Of a stretch of 64,000 bases of DNA, positions 37,318 through 47,705 are shown in pieces (positions within the stretch are counted from its first letter, which is position 1; each line of letters starts with the position of its first letter). Where the stretch lies: assembly GCA_022599575.1 (NCBI GenBank), contig JAHZMA010000061.1, positions 4,480-68,479 on the forward strand, given 5' to 3'. The DNA is from Alphaproteobacteria bacterium. GTDB lineage: Bacteria > Pseudomonadota > Alphaproteobacteria > JABAAW01 > JAHZMA01. The position numbers and the translations under genes were made by a program. The notes beneath the pieces are model-generated. The model was not told the origin of the DNA. It did not search any database and was given only the letters and a program-made list of their open reading frames with translations.

Positions 37318-38853
37318 TTACGAAATCCACGAATCTGCCATGTCGCCTTTGCGTTTAGCAATAAAATCTTGCAAAGCTTTATCTTTTGTCTCATCAAGTG
37401 GTGGCGCTTGATATTCTGATAGCATTTTTTGCCACATGAAGGTTGCGCGCTCGCTTGCCGATTTGCTACCATTATCTTTCCATGTTTCGAACGCATCATA
37501 ATCAGCGGCTTTTGAGGCATAATAAGCGGTACGGAAATTATTTTGGGTATGGGTTGTGCCTAAAAAATGCGAACCCGGTCCTGCTTCTTGATAAACATCG
37601 ACTGCCAGAGAATTATCATCTAATTCCTGTCCGCGCAAAAGCCGTGCAACAATCATATTCATTTCGGCATCCATCACGAATTTTTCAAATGATGCCACCA
37701 ATCCGCCTTCTAACCAGCCCGCTGTGTGCATCACAAAATTAGACCCCGCCAATGCCGATGCCATCAAGGTCGCCGTCATTTCATAAGCCGCTTGGGCATC
37801 GGGCATTTTAGAGCCATTTAACCCCGCCGCAGTCCGAACTGGTAAATTTAATTTTCTGCCGATATTCACCGCGCCATTGACTGCCAGAAAATCTTCGGCT
37901 GTGCCAAAGGTTGGCGCACCCGTTTGCATCGACATAGATGTGAGGAATACGCCAAATAACGCAGGCGCACCAGGGCGCGCAAGCTGGGTGAGGGCAAGCC
38001 CAACAAGATTTTCAGCATAGGCTTGTGCCAATGCGGCGGGCACGGTAATCGGGCTCATCGCGCCCATCAAAATAAACGGGCTAATAATGCAAGCCTGATT
38101 ATTTTTGGCATAGGTCAACATTGAATCAATCATCGTGCCATCCCATGCCAATGGCGAATTGGCATTAATCAAACTGACCATCACGCAATTATTATTAACA
38201 AATTCATCACCAAACACGATTTTTGCCATATCAATACTATCTTGCGCCCGTGTGCCTGCCGTTACCGACCCCATAAAAGGCTTATCGGAATAGCGCAAAT
38301 GGGCGTAAATCATATCCAAATGCCTTTTATTCACTGGAATATCGCATGGTTCGCAGATTGTGCCACCAGAATGATGCAAGCCCGGTGATAAATAGGCTAG
38401 CTTAACCAAATCTTGAAAGTCTTGAATCGTGCCATAGCGTCTTTCTTCATCGCCACGCCGCACAAAGGGTGAGCCATAATTGGGCGAAAGCACCGTATTA
38501 TTGCCACCAAGCACGATATTTCTTTCGGGGTTTCTGGCATGTTGGGTAAATTCTGATGGTGCTGTTTGAATAATTTCGCGCAACACACCGCCATTTATTC
38601 TCACCCTACCGCCATCAATTTTTGCGCCAACACTGGCAAATAACTCTAATGCTTCTTCATTATCGGTAATATTCACGCCAATTTGTTCAACAATTTCTTC
38701 ACCACGCGCCATGATTCTATCAATCTGCGCGTCATTCCATGCCTGAAAAATATTAATGCCACGTTTAATATAAGCGGGCTCTGGCGTAGCATTCACCTTT
38801 ACCGCATCACTATGACCGCGCCTGCCACCCGAACGTCTTCTTCCCTCACTCAT
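37318..38853 (-). CDS. MttB-superfamily (trimethylamine methyltransferase family) protein, non-pyrrolysine type
   Basis: 511 aa with a TIM-barrel MttB-like sequence and no in-frame TAG. I see no corrinoid-protein gene adjacent. Confidence 0.7.
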   Translation of the reverse strand: MSEGRRRSGGRRGHSDAVKVNATPEPAYIKRGINIFQAWNDAQIDRIMARGEEIVEQIGVNITDNEEALELFASVGAKIDGGRVRINGGVLREIIQTAPSEFTQHARNPERNIVLGGNNTVLSPNYGSPFVRRGDEERRYGTIQDFQDLVKLAYLSPGLHHSGGTICEPCDIPVNKRHLDMIYAHLRYSDKPFMGSVTAGTRAQDSIDMAKIVFGDEFVNNNCVMVSLINANSPLAWDGTMIDSMLTYAKNNQACIISPFILMGAMSPITVPAALAQAYAENLVGLALTQLARPGAPALFGVFLTSMSMQTGAPTFGTAEDFLAVNGAVNIGRKLNLPVRTAAGLNGSKMPDAQAAYEMTATLMASALAGSNFVMHTAGWLEGGLVASFEKFVMDAEMNMIVARLLRGQELDDNSLAVDVYQEAGPGSHFLGTTHTQNNFRTAYYASKAADYDAFETWKDNGSKSASERATFMWQKMLSEYQAPPLDETKDKALQDFIAKRKGDMADSWIS

Positions 38854-39034
38854 GATACTATCCCCCTTAAATTAACAAACAAAAGAATATTATAATATGA
38901 ATCAGCGTAAATAATAGTGAAAAGACGGCATGAAGCAAATGAAAAGCGTCAAATTAGCCACAAAACCGAAAAATACTTGTTATTTTCAAACATTATCCTA
39001 TATATATATAGGTATAGCATATCGGAGAAAAAAT

Positions 39035-40510
39035 ATGAAAAAATTTACATATCACCCGATAATCACTCTGATTATCGCACTCTTGTTTTTTTGCATGGCA
39101 TTTGTTTTTAGCGCAAACCATAAAATTGCCTATGCCGCTAATCCGCCAGCAGAAGGTTTCGCCGATATTGTTGAAAAATTATTGCCGTCAGTTGTTAATA
39201 TTCAAACCACTGCCACCATCAACAAAAATGAGAGTGAATTTGAAAATTTACCTAAAAATCTGCCTTTTTCAGAAGAATTTTGGAAAAAATTTCGCGAACA
39301 AATGCCACGACAAGCCGAAGCGCAAGGGTCTGGTTTTGTGATTGATGCCAAAAAAGGATTTATTGTTACCAATAATCATGTGGTAGAAAATGCTGTTAAT
39401 ATTCGCGTTTTATTTCAAAATGAAAAAGAAGTTGAGGCAGAATTGGTTGGGCGCGACCCAAAAACTGATTTAGCCTTGTTAAAAATTAAACCTTTTCAGG
39501 GGCTAAAAGCCATTGAATGGGCGGATTCTGATAAGGCGCGCGTTGGCGATTGGGTGATTGCAATTGGCAATCCGTTAGGGCTTGGTGGCACAGTGACTGC
39601 TGGCATTATATCAGCAAGGGGGCGTGATATTCGCTCTGGCCCTTATGATGATTATATCCAAACCGATGCCTCTATCAATCGTGGCAATTCAGGGGGGCCG
39701 TTATTTGATATTAATGGTAAAGTTCTTGGCATTAATACTGCAATTTATTCGGGCAGTGGTGGTTCAATCGGCATTGCATTTTCTATCCCCAGCAATCTGG
39801 CGCGCAATGTGATTGCACAGTTGGCGCAATATGGCGAAACCAAACGCGGCTGGCTAGGCGTGTTTATTCAAGAAGTAACGCCCGAAATTGCACAAGGGTT
39901 AGACCTTAAAAAAGCTGAAGGTGCATTGGTGAGTTCGGTGCAAGATAATTCACCCGCTGGTAAAGCAGGGCTTGAGGTGGGCGATGTGATTGTTGAATTT
40001 GACGGTAAAAAAGTTGACACACAGCGCACTTTACCGCGCATTGTTGCCGCCACAGAACCCAATAAAACCGTAACTGTGAGAATTATCCGCAATGGCAAAA
40101 CCATCACTAAAAAAGTAACCATCGGCAGGTTAGAGACGGTGCAAGATGATAGGCTTGCCCAAACGCCATTGCAACAAAAACCATCTGAAAAATCAAAAGG
40201 CACATCATTAAAAGAATTAAACATCAAAGTGGCACAGCTGAATGATGAAACCCGCGCACAATTCAACATCACTTCTTCGGTGAAAAGTGGCTTGATTGTG
40301 CTTGAGCTTATTAATAATGAGAATGCAACAAGGAATAGTTTCTTCCCCGGCATGGTGGTCACGCAGATTAATCGCGAGAATGTTACATCGGTGAACAGAG
40401 CGCGTAAAGTGATTGCTGATGCGTTGAAACAAGGCAAAAATTCGGTATTGGTGCGTATCTATCTGCCCAGTGGCGAGGCAACTTTTATCGGCGCCAAATT
40501 ACACAAATAA
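39035..40510 (+). CDS. Do/DegP/HtrA-family periplasmic serine endoprotease with two PDZ domains
   Basis: Catalytic blocks TNNHV, DLALLK and GNSGGPL. Start at MKKFTYH with a GGAGA RBS and a signal/anchor helix. Confidence 0.85.
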   Translation: MKKFTYHPIITLIIALLFFCMAFVFSANHKIAYAANPPAEGFADIVEKLLPSVVNIQTTATINKNESEFENLPKNLPFSEEFWKKFREQMPRQAEAQGSGFVIDAKKGFIVTNNHVVENAVNIRVLFQNEKEVEAELVGRDPKTDLALLKIKPFQGLKAIEWADSDKARVGDWVIAIGNPLGLGGTVTAGIISARGRDIRSGPYDDYIQTDASINRGNSGGPLFDINGKVLGINTAIYSGSGGSIGIAFSIPSNLARNVIAQLAQYGETKRGWLGVFIQEVTPEIAQGLDLKKAEGALVSSVQDNSPAGKAGLEVGDVIVEFDGKKVDTQRTLPRIVAATEPNKTVTVRIIRNGKTITKKVTIGRLETVQDDRLAQTPLQQKPSEKSKGTSLKELNIKVAQLNDETRAQFNITSSVKSGLIVLELINNENATRNSFFPGMVVTQINRENVTSVNRARKVIADALKQGKNSVLVRIYLPSGEATFIGAKLHK

Positions 40511-40554
40511 TTGTGACATAAATAAGTGGTAAATAAATGCTACAAAAGTAATTA

Positions 40555-42996
40555 TTATTGTCCAGAAGCATCATCTGATGCAATCAGCACCTGCAACATG
40601 CGGCTAACATAAGAAACTCTGGTAGAAAGATAAATCACCATCATTCGATGCAATGCCAACATTAATTGTGGGTCATCACCAGCGATTTTTGCTAGAGCCT
40701 GCCTATCAAGCACCATCACCACCGTTTGTTCAAGTGCAACAACATTAACATTGTGTCTAATGCCTAAATAAAAGCCTAACTCGCCAATTAATGCGCCCTC
40801 TTTTAATTTTCGCAAATGCACCCGTTCATGATTAGGCACTTCTAAACTGACATCCATCGACCCGCTTTTGATAATGTAAATCTTATCAGCACTTACATAT
40901 TGCTGTGCAATATTCTCACCTTCTTGCAATACTTCCTCTGTGGTATAATTAAGCAATTTTGTATAGGAATCCTCATCACCTAGCCTATCTGATAGCCATG
41001 TTTCAAAATCAAACTTTATAATTGCTTCATCAATATTACCGATAGTGCTGAGCAAATCATCTTCGCACCATTCCAAAGAAACATCTAATGTTGGCATAAT
41101 TTTAATATTAAGTTTCCGCCTTAAATCAAAAAAGCCAACACGCTTAAATAAATCTGCATGATTGTGGTGCAATCCGCATACCACAATCACAACATCATGA
41201 TGTTCCGCAACTTCGAATAAGCCGTGCATTTGGTCAAGCACTGTTACATCTATGTTACGCACTGTTGAAAAATCAAGCAAAATATAGCCAAGTGGATTTT
41301 GCCGATGGTCGTTGGCGCGCCCAACCACCATATGAGTGATTTCATACATCATACCATAAACAAGTGTTGCTTCCATCTGAATGATTAATATCGAATCACC
41401 ATAAGAATCCAACAATTTAACGATTTGTGGCAAACGTTCGGTAGAAGAATGATAAACCTTGCCACTTAACACCCGCTTGATACCGCTGATGCGCGAATGG
41501 GTAAGCATAAACACCACCGCACCCGATAGGATACCAAAAATAAGACCCGCATTATAGCCAAGAAAAAACGTGAAAATAAGGGCAATGACAATCAGCACAT
41601 ATTCCATAAAATCCAAATTACGGATACCGCGAATAAGCCATTTAATAAAATAGAGTGACGCAAAGCAAATAAGGGTGGCAGCCACCATCGGCATGGGAAT
41701 CAGCTGAATATATGGCAATGCAAAAAATGCAACCAAACAACATACAATACCCGCCGCAATACCTGCTGAACGACGCCTACCGCCAAGTTGGTTGGAAAAT
41801 GTTGTGGCTGTAGAACTATGATGCACTGAAAAACCGCTGGTGAGCGCAGATATAAATGAGCTAAACGAAACCGCAGTGATTTCTCTGGCAGGATGCGTGT
41901 AGGCTTCTACCGATTCTTCCAACCGACGATTTACCTCAAGTGAATTAATCAATAAAACAATACAAATCACCACAATGTCAGAGATATAATCACGTAACCC
42001 ACCAAAATTAAAATTCACCACATTGTTAATGGTGATTTTAGAAACTGCGAAACTGGTAATATCAGTATCACCGATTGGCAACAACCAACCAGCATCAACC
42101 ATATCTTGAAAATCCATCCCCATAAAGCCGCGTCCCCACAGATAAAATCCTGCCAATACCGCAACCAACAATAAAGGCAACACAATATGCGAGCGGAACA
42201 AACTCATAATGATACTCATTAAAACGCCAACCCCAACAGCAAATTGCACACGAATATCGTTAAATATCTCAATAGAAAAATTTTGTACAAAACTTGGCCA
42301 ACTAATGATTAAATCACCCGTTAAAATTGAAAATGCCATCAGTACCATCATCATCGCAATCACCACTTGAATCGTGGCAAAAATAACTTCAGGCGCAAAC
42401 GCAAAAATACGACTTAACTTAAAAATTCCAACCAAGAAATACATCGCCGATACCGACATGCCAACCACTGCCATGCTCAATAAAATGCCAGAATATTCAA
42501 CCGATAATCCCGTATAAGTGATTGCTTGTTCGCTTATTAGCTTATAAATAAACAACCCCATCAACACCGCATTGGTGGTGCTAACCGAAGCTGAAACGCC
42601 GGGGAAGCCACTTAAAATTGCAATCGGCAGAGTTGCAAAAAAAGTGGTGAGTAAAATGATGAACATGCCTTGATAAAATAAATTATTAACATCATAAAAA
42701 AATGCCAATACCGCTACCATCATGCTCATATAAACGGTTAAAATGCCACTTAAACTGCCCGGTATTGCAGTAAAAATGGTAATCAATAATTCACGCGTAA
42801 AATTGCCTGACTTGCCTTTTCTGCGGGGCGTTCCACCAAAATTGCTAAAATCACTGCTTGCTGATAGCCCAGCAAGGGGGTCGGACACGATTTTTCCCTG
42901 ACCACCAAGATTTTGACCACCAAGATTTTGACCGCCACCACCTTGCCTGCCTTGTCCTTCAAACTGAATGTCGCCCTGAATGTTACTTTGCGCCAC
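40555..42996 (-). CDS. SulP/SLC26-type transporter fused to STAS and a C-terminal cyclic-nucleotide-binding domain
   Basis: Roughly 12 hydrophobic segments, a STAS-like middle region and a C-terminal cNMP fold (GELGFYLG...R...V.A). Gly/Gln-rich N-terminus with a perfect 15-nt duplication. GTG start. Confidence 0.65.
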   Translation of the reverse strand: MAQSNIQGDIQFEGQGRQGGGGQNLGGQNLGGQGKIVSDPLAGLSASSDFSNFGGTPRRKGKSGNFTRELLITIFTAIPGSLSGILTVYMSMMVAVLAFFYDVNNLFYQGMFIILLTTFFATLPIAILSGFPGVSASVSTTNAVLMGLFIYKLISEQAITYTGLSVEYSGILLSMAVVGMSVSAMYFLVGIFKLSRIFAFAPEVIFATIQVVIAMMMVLMAFSILTGDLIISWPSFVQNFSIEIFNDIRVQFAVGVGVLMSIIMSLFRSHIVLPLLLVAVLAGFYLWGRGFMGMDFQDMVDAGWLLPIGDTDITSFAVSKITINNVVNFNFGGLRDYISDIVVICIVLLINSLEVNRRLEESVEAYTHPAREITAVSFSSFISALTSGFSVHHSSTATTFSNQLGGRRRSAGIAAGIVCCLVAFFALPYIQLIPMPMVAATLICFASLYFIKWLIRGIRNLDFMEYVLIVIALIFTFFLGYNAGLIFGILSGAVVFMLTHSRISGIKRVLSGKVYHSSTERLPQIVKLLDSYGDSILIIQMEATLVYGMMYEITHMVVGRANDHRQNPLGYILLDFSTVRNIDVTVLDQMHGLFEVAEHHDVVIVVCGLHHNHADLFKRVGFFDLRRKLNIKIMPTLDVSLEWCEDDLLSTIGNIDEAIIKFDFETWLSDRLGDEDSYTKLLNYTTEEVLQEGENIAQQYVSADKIYIIKSGSMDVSLEVPNHERVHLRKLKEGALIGELGFYLGIRHNVNVVALEQTVVMVLDRQALAKIAGDDPQLMLALHRMMVIYLSTRVSYVSRMLQVLIASDDASGQ

Positions 42997-43226
42997 TTAA
43001 ACTAACCTTTTGAATATTCAATGATTATCTTCTAATAAGCAAATATAATACCTTTTTTAATGAACTGCAAAATTTATCGTCATTATCAGTAAATTTCAAT
43101 GGTTTAATGCTTGCGAATAAGCTTGTTTCATGTTACAAATAATGTTTATATAATCTTGATAGGTAGCTGGTAATCATATCTCCAGTATCTTTATATTCAG
43201 GATAAATTTAACAAAGGTGGATATTA

Positions 43227-43616
43227 ATGGCACGTGTAACAGTAGAAGATTGTGTTGATAAGGTAAGCAACTGGTTTGAGTTGGTGATGCTTGCGGCACA
43301 AAGAAGTCGCGCTCTTGCAAATGGCGCCCGCCCCACGATCGAAGAACAGCGTGATAAACCGACCGTGTTGGCGTTACGTGAAATCGCGGCGGGCACCGTT
43401 AGCCCCGATGATTTGCGCGAAGCTTTGGTGCGTTCTATGCAAAAAGTTGTTGAGAGCGAACGCGTGGACGAGGCTATTCGTGTTTTTATGGCTGAAGAAG
43501 GCAATGATGAAAAAGGGCATTTTGATGATATGTCAATGCGGTTTGAGAATGAAAATTTTTTCAGTGATGTTGCCGAAACGCCGAAACCTTTAGAGAATAG
43601 TGACAATCTTTCTTAA
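43227..43616 (+). CDS. rpoZ: DNA-directed RNA polymerase subunit omega
   Basis: [10 protein letters not shown]...NRFELV-like block and AAQRSR. AAAGGTGG RBS. Confidence 0.9.
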   Translation: MARVTVEDCVDKVSNWFELVMLAAQRSRALANGARPTIEEQRDKPTVLALREIAAGTVSPDDLREALVRSMQKVVESERVDEAIRVFMAEEGNDEKGHFDDMSMRFENENFFSDVAETPKPLENSDNLS

Positions 43617-43631
43617 AAGGACATCAATTAA

Positions 43632-45773
43632 ATGCTTGTGGATGGGTTAAGCATAAAACGAATAGACAAAATAAAACAATATAATCCAAACACTGATATT
43701 GATAAAATCAATCGCGCTTTCGACATGGCATATCAGGCGCATCGCAAGCAAAAGCGTGCTGATGGTTCGCCCTATATCACACATCCGATTGCAGTTGCTG
43801 ATATTTTAATTTCAAAAAATTTAGATGATTTTTCTATTATTGCCGCCCTATTGCATGACACGATAGAAGATACCACTATCAGCGCACAAGATATTAGCAA
43901 AGAGTTTGGCGATGAAGTCATGCGGCTGGTAGAAGGCATTACAAAATTATCCAATTTCGGCTTCATTAGTTCAGAAGCCAAACAAGCGGAAAATTTTCGT
44001 AGATTATTGCTTGCCACCTCAAAAGATATTCGTGTGTTGCTCATTAAACTTGCCGATAGGCTGCATAATATGCGAACCATTCAATATCTTAAAGTTGAAA
44101 GTCAGAAACGCATCGCATTTGAAACGTCAGAAATTTACGTGCCATTGGCGGAAAGAATAGGTTTGCGCGATTGGAAAGAAGAGTTGGAAGATATCTCATT
44201 TAGCATCATCCAGCCACGCCCGCACAGCTCGATTGTTAAGCGTTTGCAAAGCCTATCCATCGAGCAAGAAACAATCAATACAATTATCAATATGTTGCAT
44301 GATTTATTCAAAAAACATCAACTAGAGGTAAGAATATCGGGACGCCAAAAAACGCCCGCCTCTATCTGGCGCAAATTACAACAAAAAAAGCGTTTTAACA
44401 AACTTTCTGATATTGTTGCCTTTCGAATCATCACCGATAATATCGCACAATGCTATCAGGTTTTGGGCGTTATTCACGAAACTTTTCAGATGCTACCGGG
44501 TGGCTTTAAGGATTATATTTCACTGCCGAAAAGCAACGGCTATCGCTCACTCCATACTTTAATTGCGCTGCCCACTGGTCAGCAAATCGAGGTGCAAATT
44601 CGTAACCAAGAGATGCATTATCAAGCCAAATATGGCGTTGCCGCCCATTGGCAATATAAACAGCAAGCACCCGTTGATATGAATCAAGAGGGCAGAAAAT
44701 ATCAATGGATTCGCAGCTTGTTGGATATTTTAGAAAATGCCTCAACCCCAGAAGATTTTTTAGCCCATACCAAGATGGATTTATTCAATTCGCATGTTTT
44801 TGTGTTCTCACCCAAAGGTGAGATTCGTGATTTACCATATGGTGCAACCGTGATTGATTATGCCTATCATGTGCATTCAGATGTTGGCAATCATTGTAAA
44901 ACCGCACGCATTAACGGGCATCTTGTGCCAATTAAAACCCGTTTACGAAATGGCAATCAGGTGGAAATTATTACCTCTAAAAAACAATTTCCGACCATTG
45001 ATTGGCTTAAATATGCCAAAACTGGTAAGGCACATACCAATATTAGACGCTATTTACGCCATGCAAATCATGAAGAATATATCATCAAAGGCAAACAATT
45101 ATTAAATACCAGTTTTAAGCAAGCTGGCTTTGTGTTTAGGGAAAAACAACTCAAAAAATGTCTGACAGATTTTGGACAAACCAGTATCAATAACATGCTT
45201 GGCTTGGTTGGACATGGCGATATTCAACCCAATGATGTGCTTTATGCGCTGGTGCCTGATGCCCGCCCCAAGCCACAAATAAAAGACAATATTAAATCCT
45301 ACCCACGTAGAAATAACGATTGTGCAGTGGCGGGCATCGATAAAGATATACCGCTAAAATTTGCCCGTTGTTGTCGCCCATTACCAAATGACCCGATTAT
45401 TGGGCGCGTGCATTCTGGGCGTGGCATTACTGTGCATCATGCAAATTGCCGTGATATTGCTCATCTATTTGTAGAAGGCGAAGAACATCATGACGAGCAT
45501 ATTATGCCATTAAAATGGCGTAACAACATCGAGAATACTTATTTTATCGGCAGATGCCATCTGAATGTTGATAATAAACCCAATGTATTGGCAGAAATCA
45601 CCTCATCGGTTGGCAAGCAAAATATCAATATCACCAATTTTATGAGCCATAAGCGTAATAAAGATTTCTGCCAATGTATCATCGATGTGGAAATCAAAAA
45701 TTCTGAACAGCTTGATAATCTTGTCCACTCCCTCCAAAATTTATCGGTGGTGCATCACATTATCCGTGTATAA
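43632..45773 (+). CDS. spoT: Bifunctional (p)ppGpp synthetase/hydrolase (RelA/SpoT homologue)
   Basis: HD domain (HPIAVA...LLHDTIEDT), synthetase block (YRSLHT), TGS and ACT regions. Conserved position after rpoZ. Confidence 0.9.
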   Translation: MLVDGLSIKRIDKIKQYNPNTDIDKINRAFDMAYQAHRKQKRADGSPYITHPIAVADILISKNLDDFSIIAALLHDTIEDTTISAQDISKEFGDEVMRLVEGITKLSNFGFISSEAKQAENFRRLLLATSKDIRVLLIKLADRLHNMRTIQYLKVESQKRIAFETSEIYVPLAERIGLRDWKEELEDISFSIIQPRPHSSIVKRLQSLSIEQETINTIINMLHDLFKKHQLEVRISGRQKTPASIWRKLQQKKRFNKLSDIVAFRIITDNIAQCYQVLGVIHETFQMLPGGFKDYISLPKSNGYRSLHTLIALPTGQQIEVQIRNQEMHYQAKYGVAAHWQYKQQAPVDMNQEGRKYQWIRSLLDILENASTPEDFLAHTKMDLFNSHVFVFSPKGEIRDLPYGATVIDYAYHVHSDVGNHCKTARINGHLVPIKTRLRNGNQVEIITSKKQFPTIDWLKYAKTGKAHTNIRRYLRHANHEEYIIKGKQLLNTSFKQAGFVFREKQLKKCLTDFGQTSINNMLGLVGHGDIQPNDVLYALVPDARPKPQIKDNIKSYPRRNNDCAVAGIDKDIPLKFARCCRPLPNDPIIGRVHSGRGITVHHANCRDIAHLFVEGEEHHDEHIMPLKWRNNIENTYFIGRCHLNVDNKPNVLAEITSSVGKQNINITNFMSHKRNKDFCQCIIDVEIKNSEQLDNLVHSLQNLSVVHHIIRV

Positions 45774-45894
45774 TTAATTGATACGCACAGATATTATCAT
45801 AAATAAAATAGACATCTTACCCTTGTTTATATTATTATTCGATAATAATTATAACATAAAACAATTTATTGTAATGGTGGCTTATTAAAAACAC

Positions 45895-46518
45895 ATGTTA
45901 GGTAGAAGAAAAAAACAATCTTTCTTGATTAAAATACGAAGGTTTTTGCTGCCAAGCTCTTTACGTAACTTAAAGCGCAATTTCATGTATCATTGGCATT
46001 TACTGAATCGCATCAAAGGTTCTACCCGCCAAATCGCAATGGGCTGTGCCATCGGTGCTGCCATTTCCATGACGCCACTGATTGGCACACATATTATTTT
46101 AGGTGGCATATTAGCCCTTATCACCCGTAGCTCGATTGTTGCAATGACGATTACATCAGTGATATTTGGCAATCCTTGGACATTTCCGTTTATCTTTTGG
46201 GTCAATTATCGTATCGGTAGCCTATTCGTTGATGTCAACGATCTTAGCCAAGATAAAGCCAGTTTGTTAAGATATATTTCTGATTTATTATATAATGGCT
46301 ATTATATGATGTTCAATAAAATTCCCGTAATGGATTTTTTAGTGATATTGCGTGATTTTATTTTTTATCTATTCCCTTTTTTAATAGGGTCTATTCCGCT
46401 GGCACTTTTCGTGTTTCTTGTGGTATTCTACGCCACTGAAGAGGCAATTGTTGTTTATCATGATAATAAATTAAAACGAAAACGGATAGAGCATAAAAAG
46501 AAGATACAAAATGACTAA
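45895..46518 (+). CDS. DUF2062-domain membrane protein
   Basis: The motif GAAISMTPLIGTH...GNPWTFPFIF is typical of DUF2062. Confidence 0.6.
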   Translation: MLGRRKKQSFLIKIRRFLLPSSLRNLKRNFMYHWHLLNRIKGSTRQIAMGCAIGAAISMTPLIGTHIILGGILALITRSSIVAMTITSVIFGNPWTFPFIFWVNYRIGSLFVDVNDLSQDKASLLRYISDLLYNGYYMMFNKIPVMDFLVILRDFIFYLFPFLIGSIPLALFVFLVVFYATEEAIVVYHDNKLKRKRIEHKKKIQND

Positions 46519-47245
46519 AACGATAAGGTTAGGCATTAATTTAGACCATATTGCCACATTGCGTAATGCGCGTGGCGAGATCTATCCCAACCCTTTGCGT
46601 GGTGCAAAAATTGCAAAAGAAGCAGGTGCTGATAATATTACCTTACATTTGCGTGAAGACCGCCGCCATATCATTGATGCTGATGTGCTGACCTATCGGC
46701 AACATATCACGCTACCGCTTAATCTTGAAATGGCAGCCACCCCTGAAATGCAACAAATCGCGCTTAAGGTAAAACCGCATACAGTTAGCCTTGTGCCAGA
46801 AAAACGCGAAGAGCGCACCACTGAAGGCGGCTTAAATATTCTCCATCAACAAGAGAGTTTGCGTGACTTTATTGCGCCGCTAAAGCAAGAAAATATTAAA
46901 ATCGCGTTTTTCATCGAACCTGATAAATTGCAAATCGATGCCGCCAAAGAAATTGGCGCAGATGCAATTGAATTACATACTGGTCGCTATGCACAATTAA
47001 AAGGTGAAGCGCAACAAAAAGAGCTTGACACTCTTACCGATGCCGCCAAGCACAGTAAGCAAATCGGCTTAAATTGTCATGCGGGGCATGGCTTAACTTT
47101 TGATAATGTCTCAGCAATTGCTGCCATTATGGCGATTGAAGAATTAAATATCGGGCATTTTATCATTAGCGAAGCGGTTTTTATCTCTTTAGAACATGCC
47201 ATCAAAAAAATGAAGCAATTAATGAATCAAGCGCGACAAAGGTGA
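46511..47245 (+). CDS. pdxJ: Pyridoxine 5'-phosphate synthase
   Basis: LGINLDHIATLRNARG, ITLHLREDRRHI and ELHTG.YA motifs. Confidence 0.9.
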   Translation: MTKTIRLGINLDHIATLRNARGEIYPNPLRGAKIAKEAGADNITLHLREDRRHIIDADVLTYRQHITLPLNLEMAATPEMQQIALKVKPHTVSLVPEKREERTTEGGLNILHQQESLRDFIAPLKQENIKIAFFIEPDKLQIDAAKEIGADAIELHTGRYAQLKGEAQQKELDTLTDAAKHSKQIGLNCHAGHGLTFDNVSAIAAIMAIEELNIGHFIISEAVFISLEHAIKKMKQLMNQARQR

Positions 47246-47249
47246 ATCG

Positions 47250-47705
47250 ATGATTCTAGGGGTCGGCACTGATTTATGCCATTTGGCGCGAATCGCACAA
47301 AGCCATCAGCGTTTTGGAACGCGTTTCTTAAACCGCATCTATACCGATTATGAGCGCGAAATTTTGCAAAGCCGTTCACAACAACGTTTCATCAACCGAC
47401 TGGCAATGTTTTGGGCAGCAAAAGAAGCTTGCATGAAAGCCATCGGCACGGGTATGCGACAAGGCGTTACTTTCAGGCAAATTGAAGTGAGGCATCAAAA
47501 AACAGGACAGCCCTATCTGATGGTGAGTGGCGCAACATTAACCCATGCCAAACGCCTCACCCCACAAGGCATGGATTTTATTTTTCACGTTAGCCTTACT
47601 GATGAATGGATTGGTAATGATGCAAATACGCATCATCAAGCACGCAATAATTTAGATTATGTCGCCCATGCGATGGTGATTTTAGAGGCGCGCCCTATTG
47701 ATTAA
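47250..47705 (+). CDS. acpS: Holo-[acyl-carrier-protein] synthase
   Basis: ILGVGTDL start and WAAKEA..KA.G. About 20 aa are inserted before the C-terminal strand. Confidence 0.8.
   Translation: MILGVGTDLCHLARIAQSHQRFGTRFLNRIYTDYEREILQSRSQQRFINRLAMFWAAKEACMKAIGTGMRQGVTFRQIEVRHQKTGQPYLMVSGATLTHAKRLTPQGMDFIFHVSLTDEWIGNDANTHHQARNNLDYVAHAMVILEARPID

Noticed and set aside
37318-38853. In-frame amber (pyrrolysine) codon in the MttB homologue
   Set aside because: The ORF is continuous for 511 codons with no internal TAG, so it is a non-Pyl family member.
39868-40437. Long antisense or alternative-frame ORFs inside well-supported genes. Examples: 39868-40437 in degP, 43208-43606 in rpoZ, 51771-52307 in lptD, 8641-9090, 7310-7651, 58990-59448 and 59527-60030 in flgK, 9801-10238, 55963-56313, 57062-57448.
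   Set aside because: These are shadow ORFs opposite or overlapping genes with clear family motifs. Their translations are Ser/Cys/Arg-skewed with no domains or RBS.
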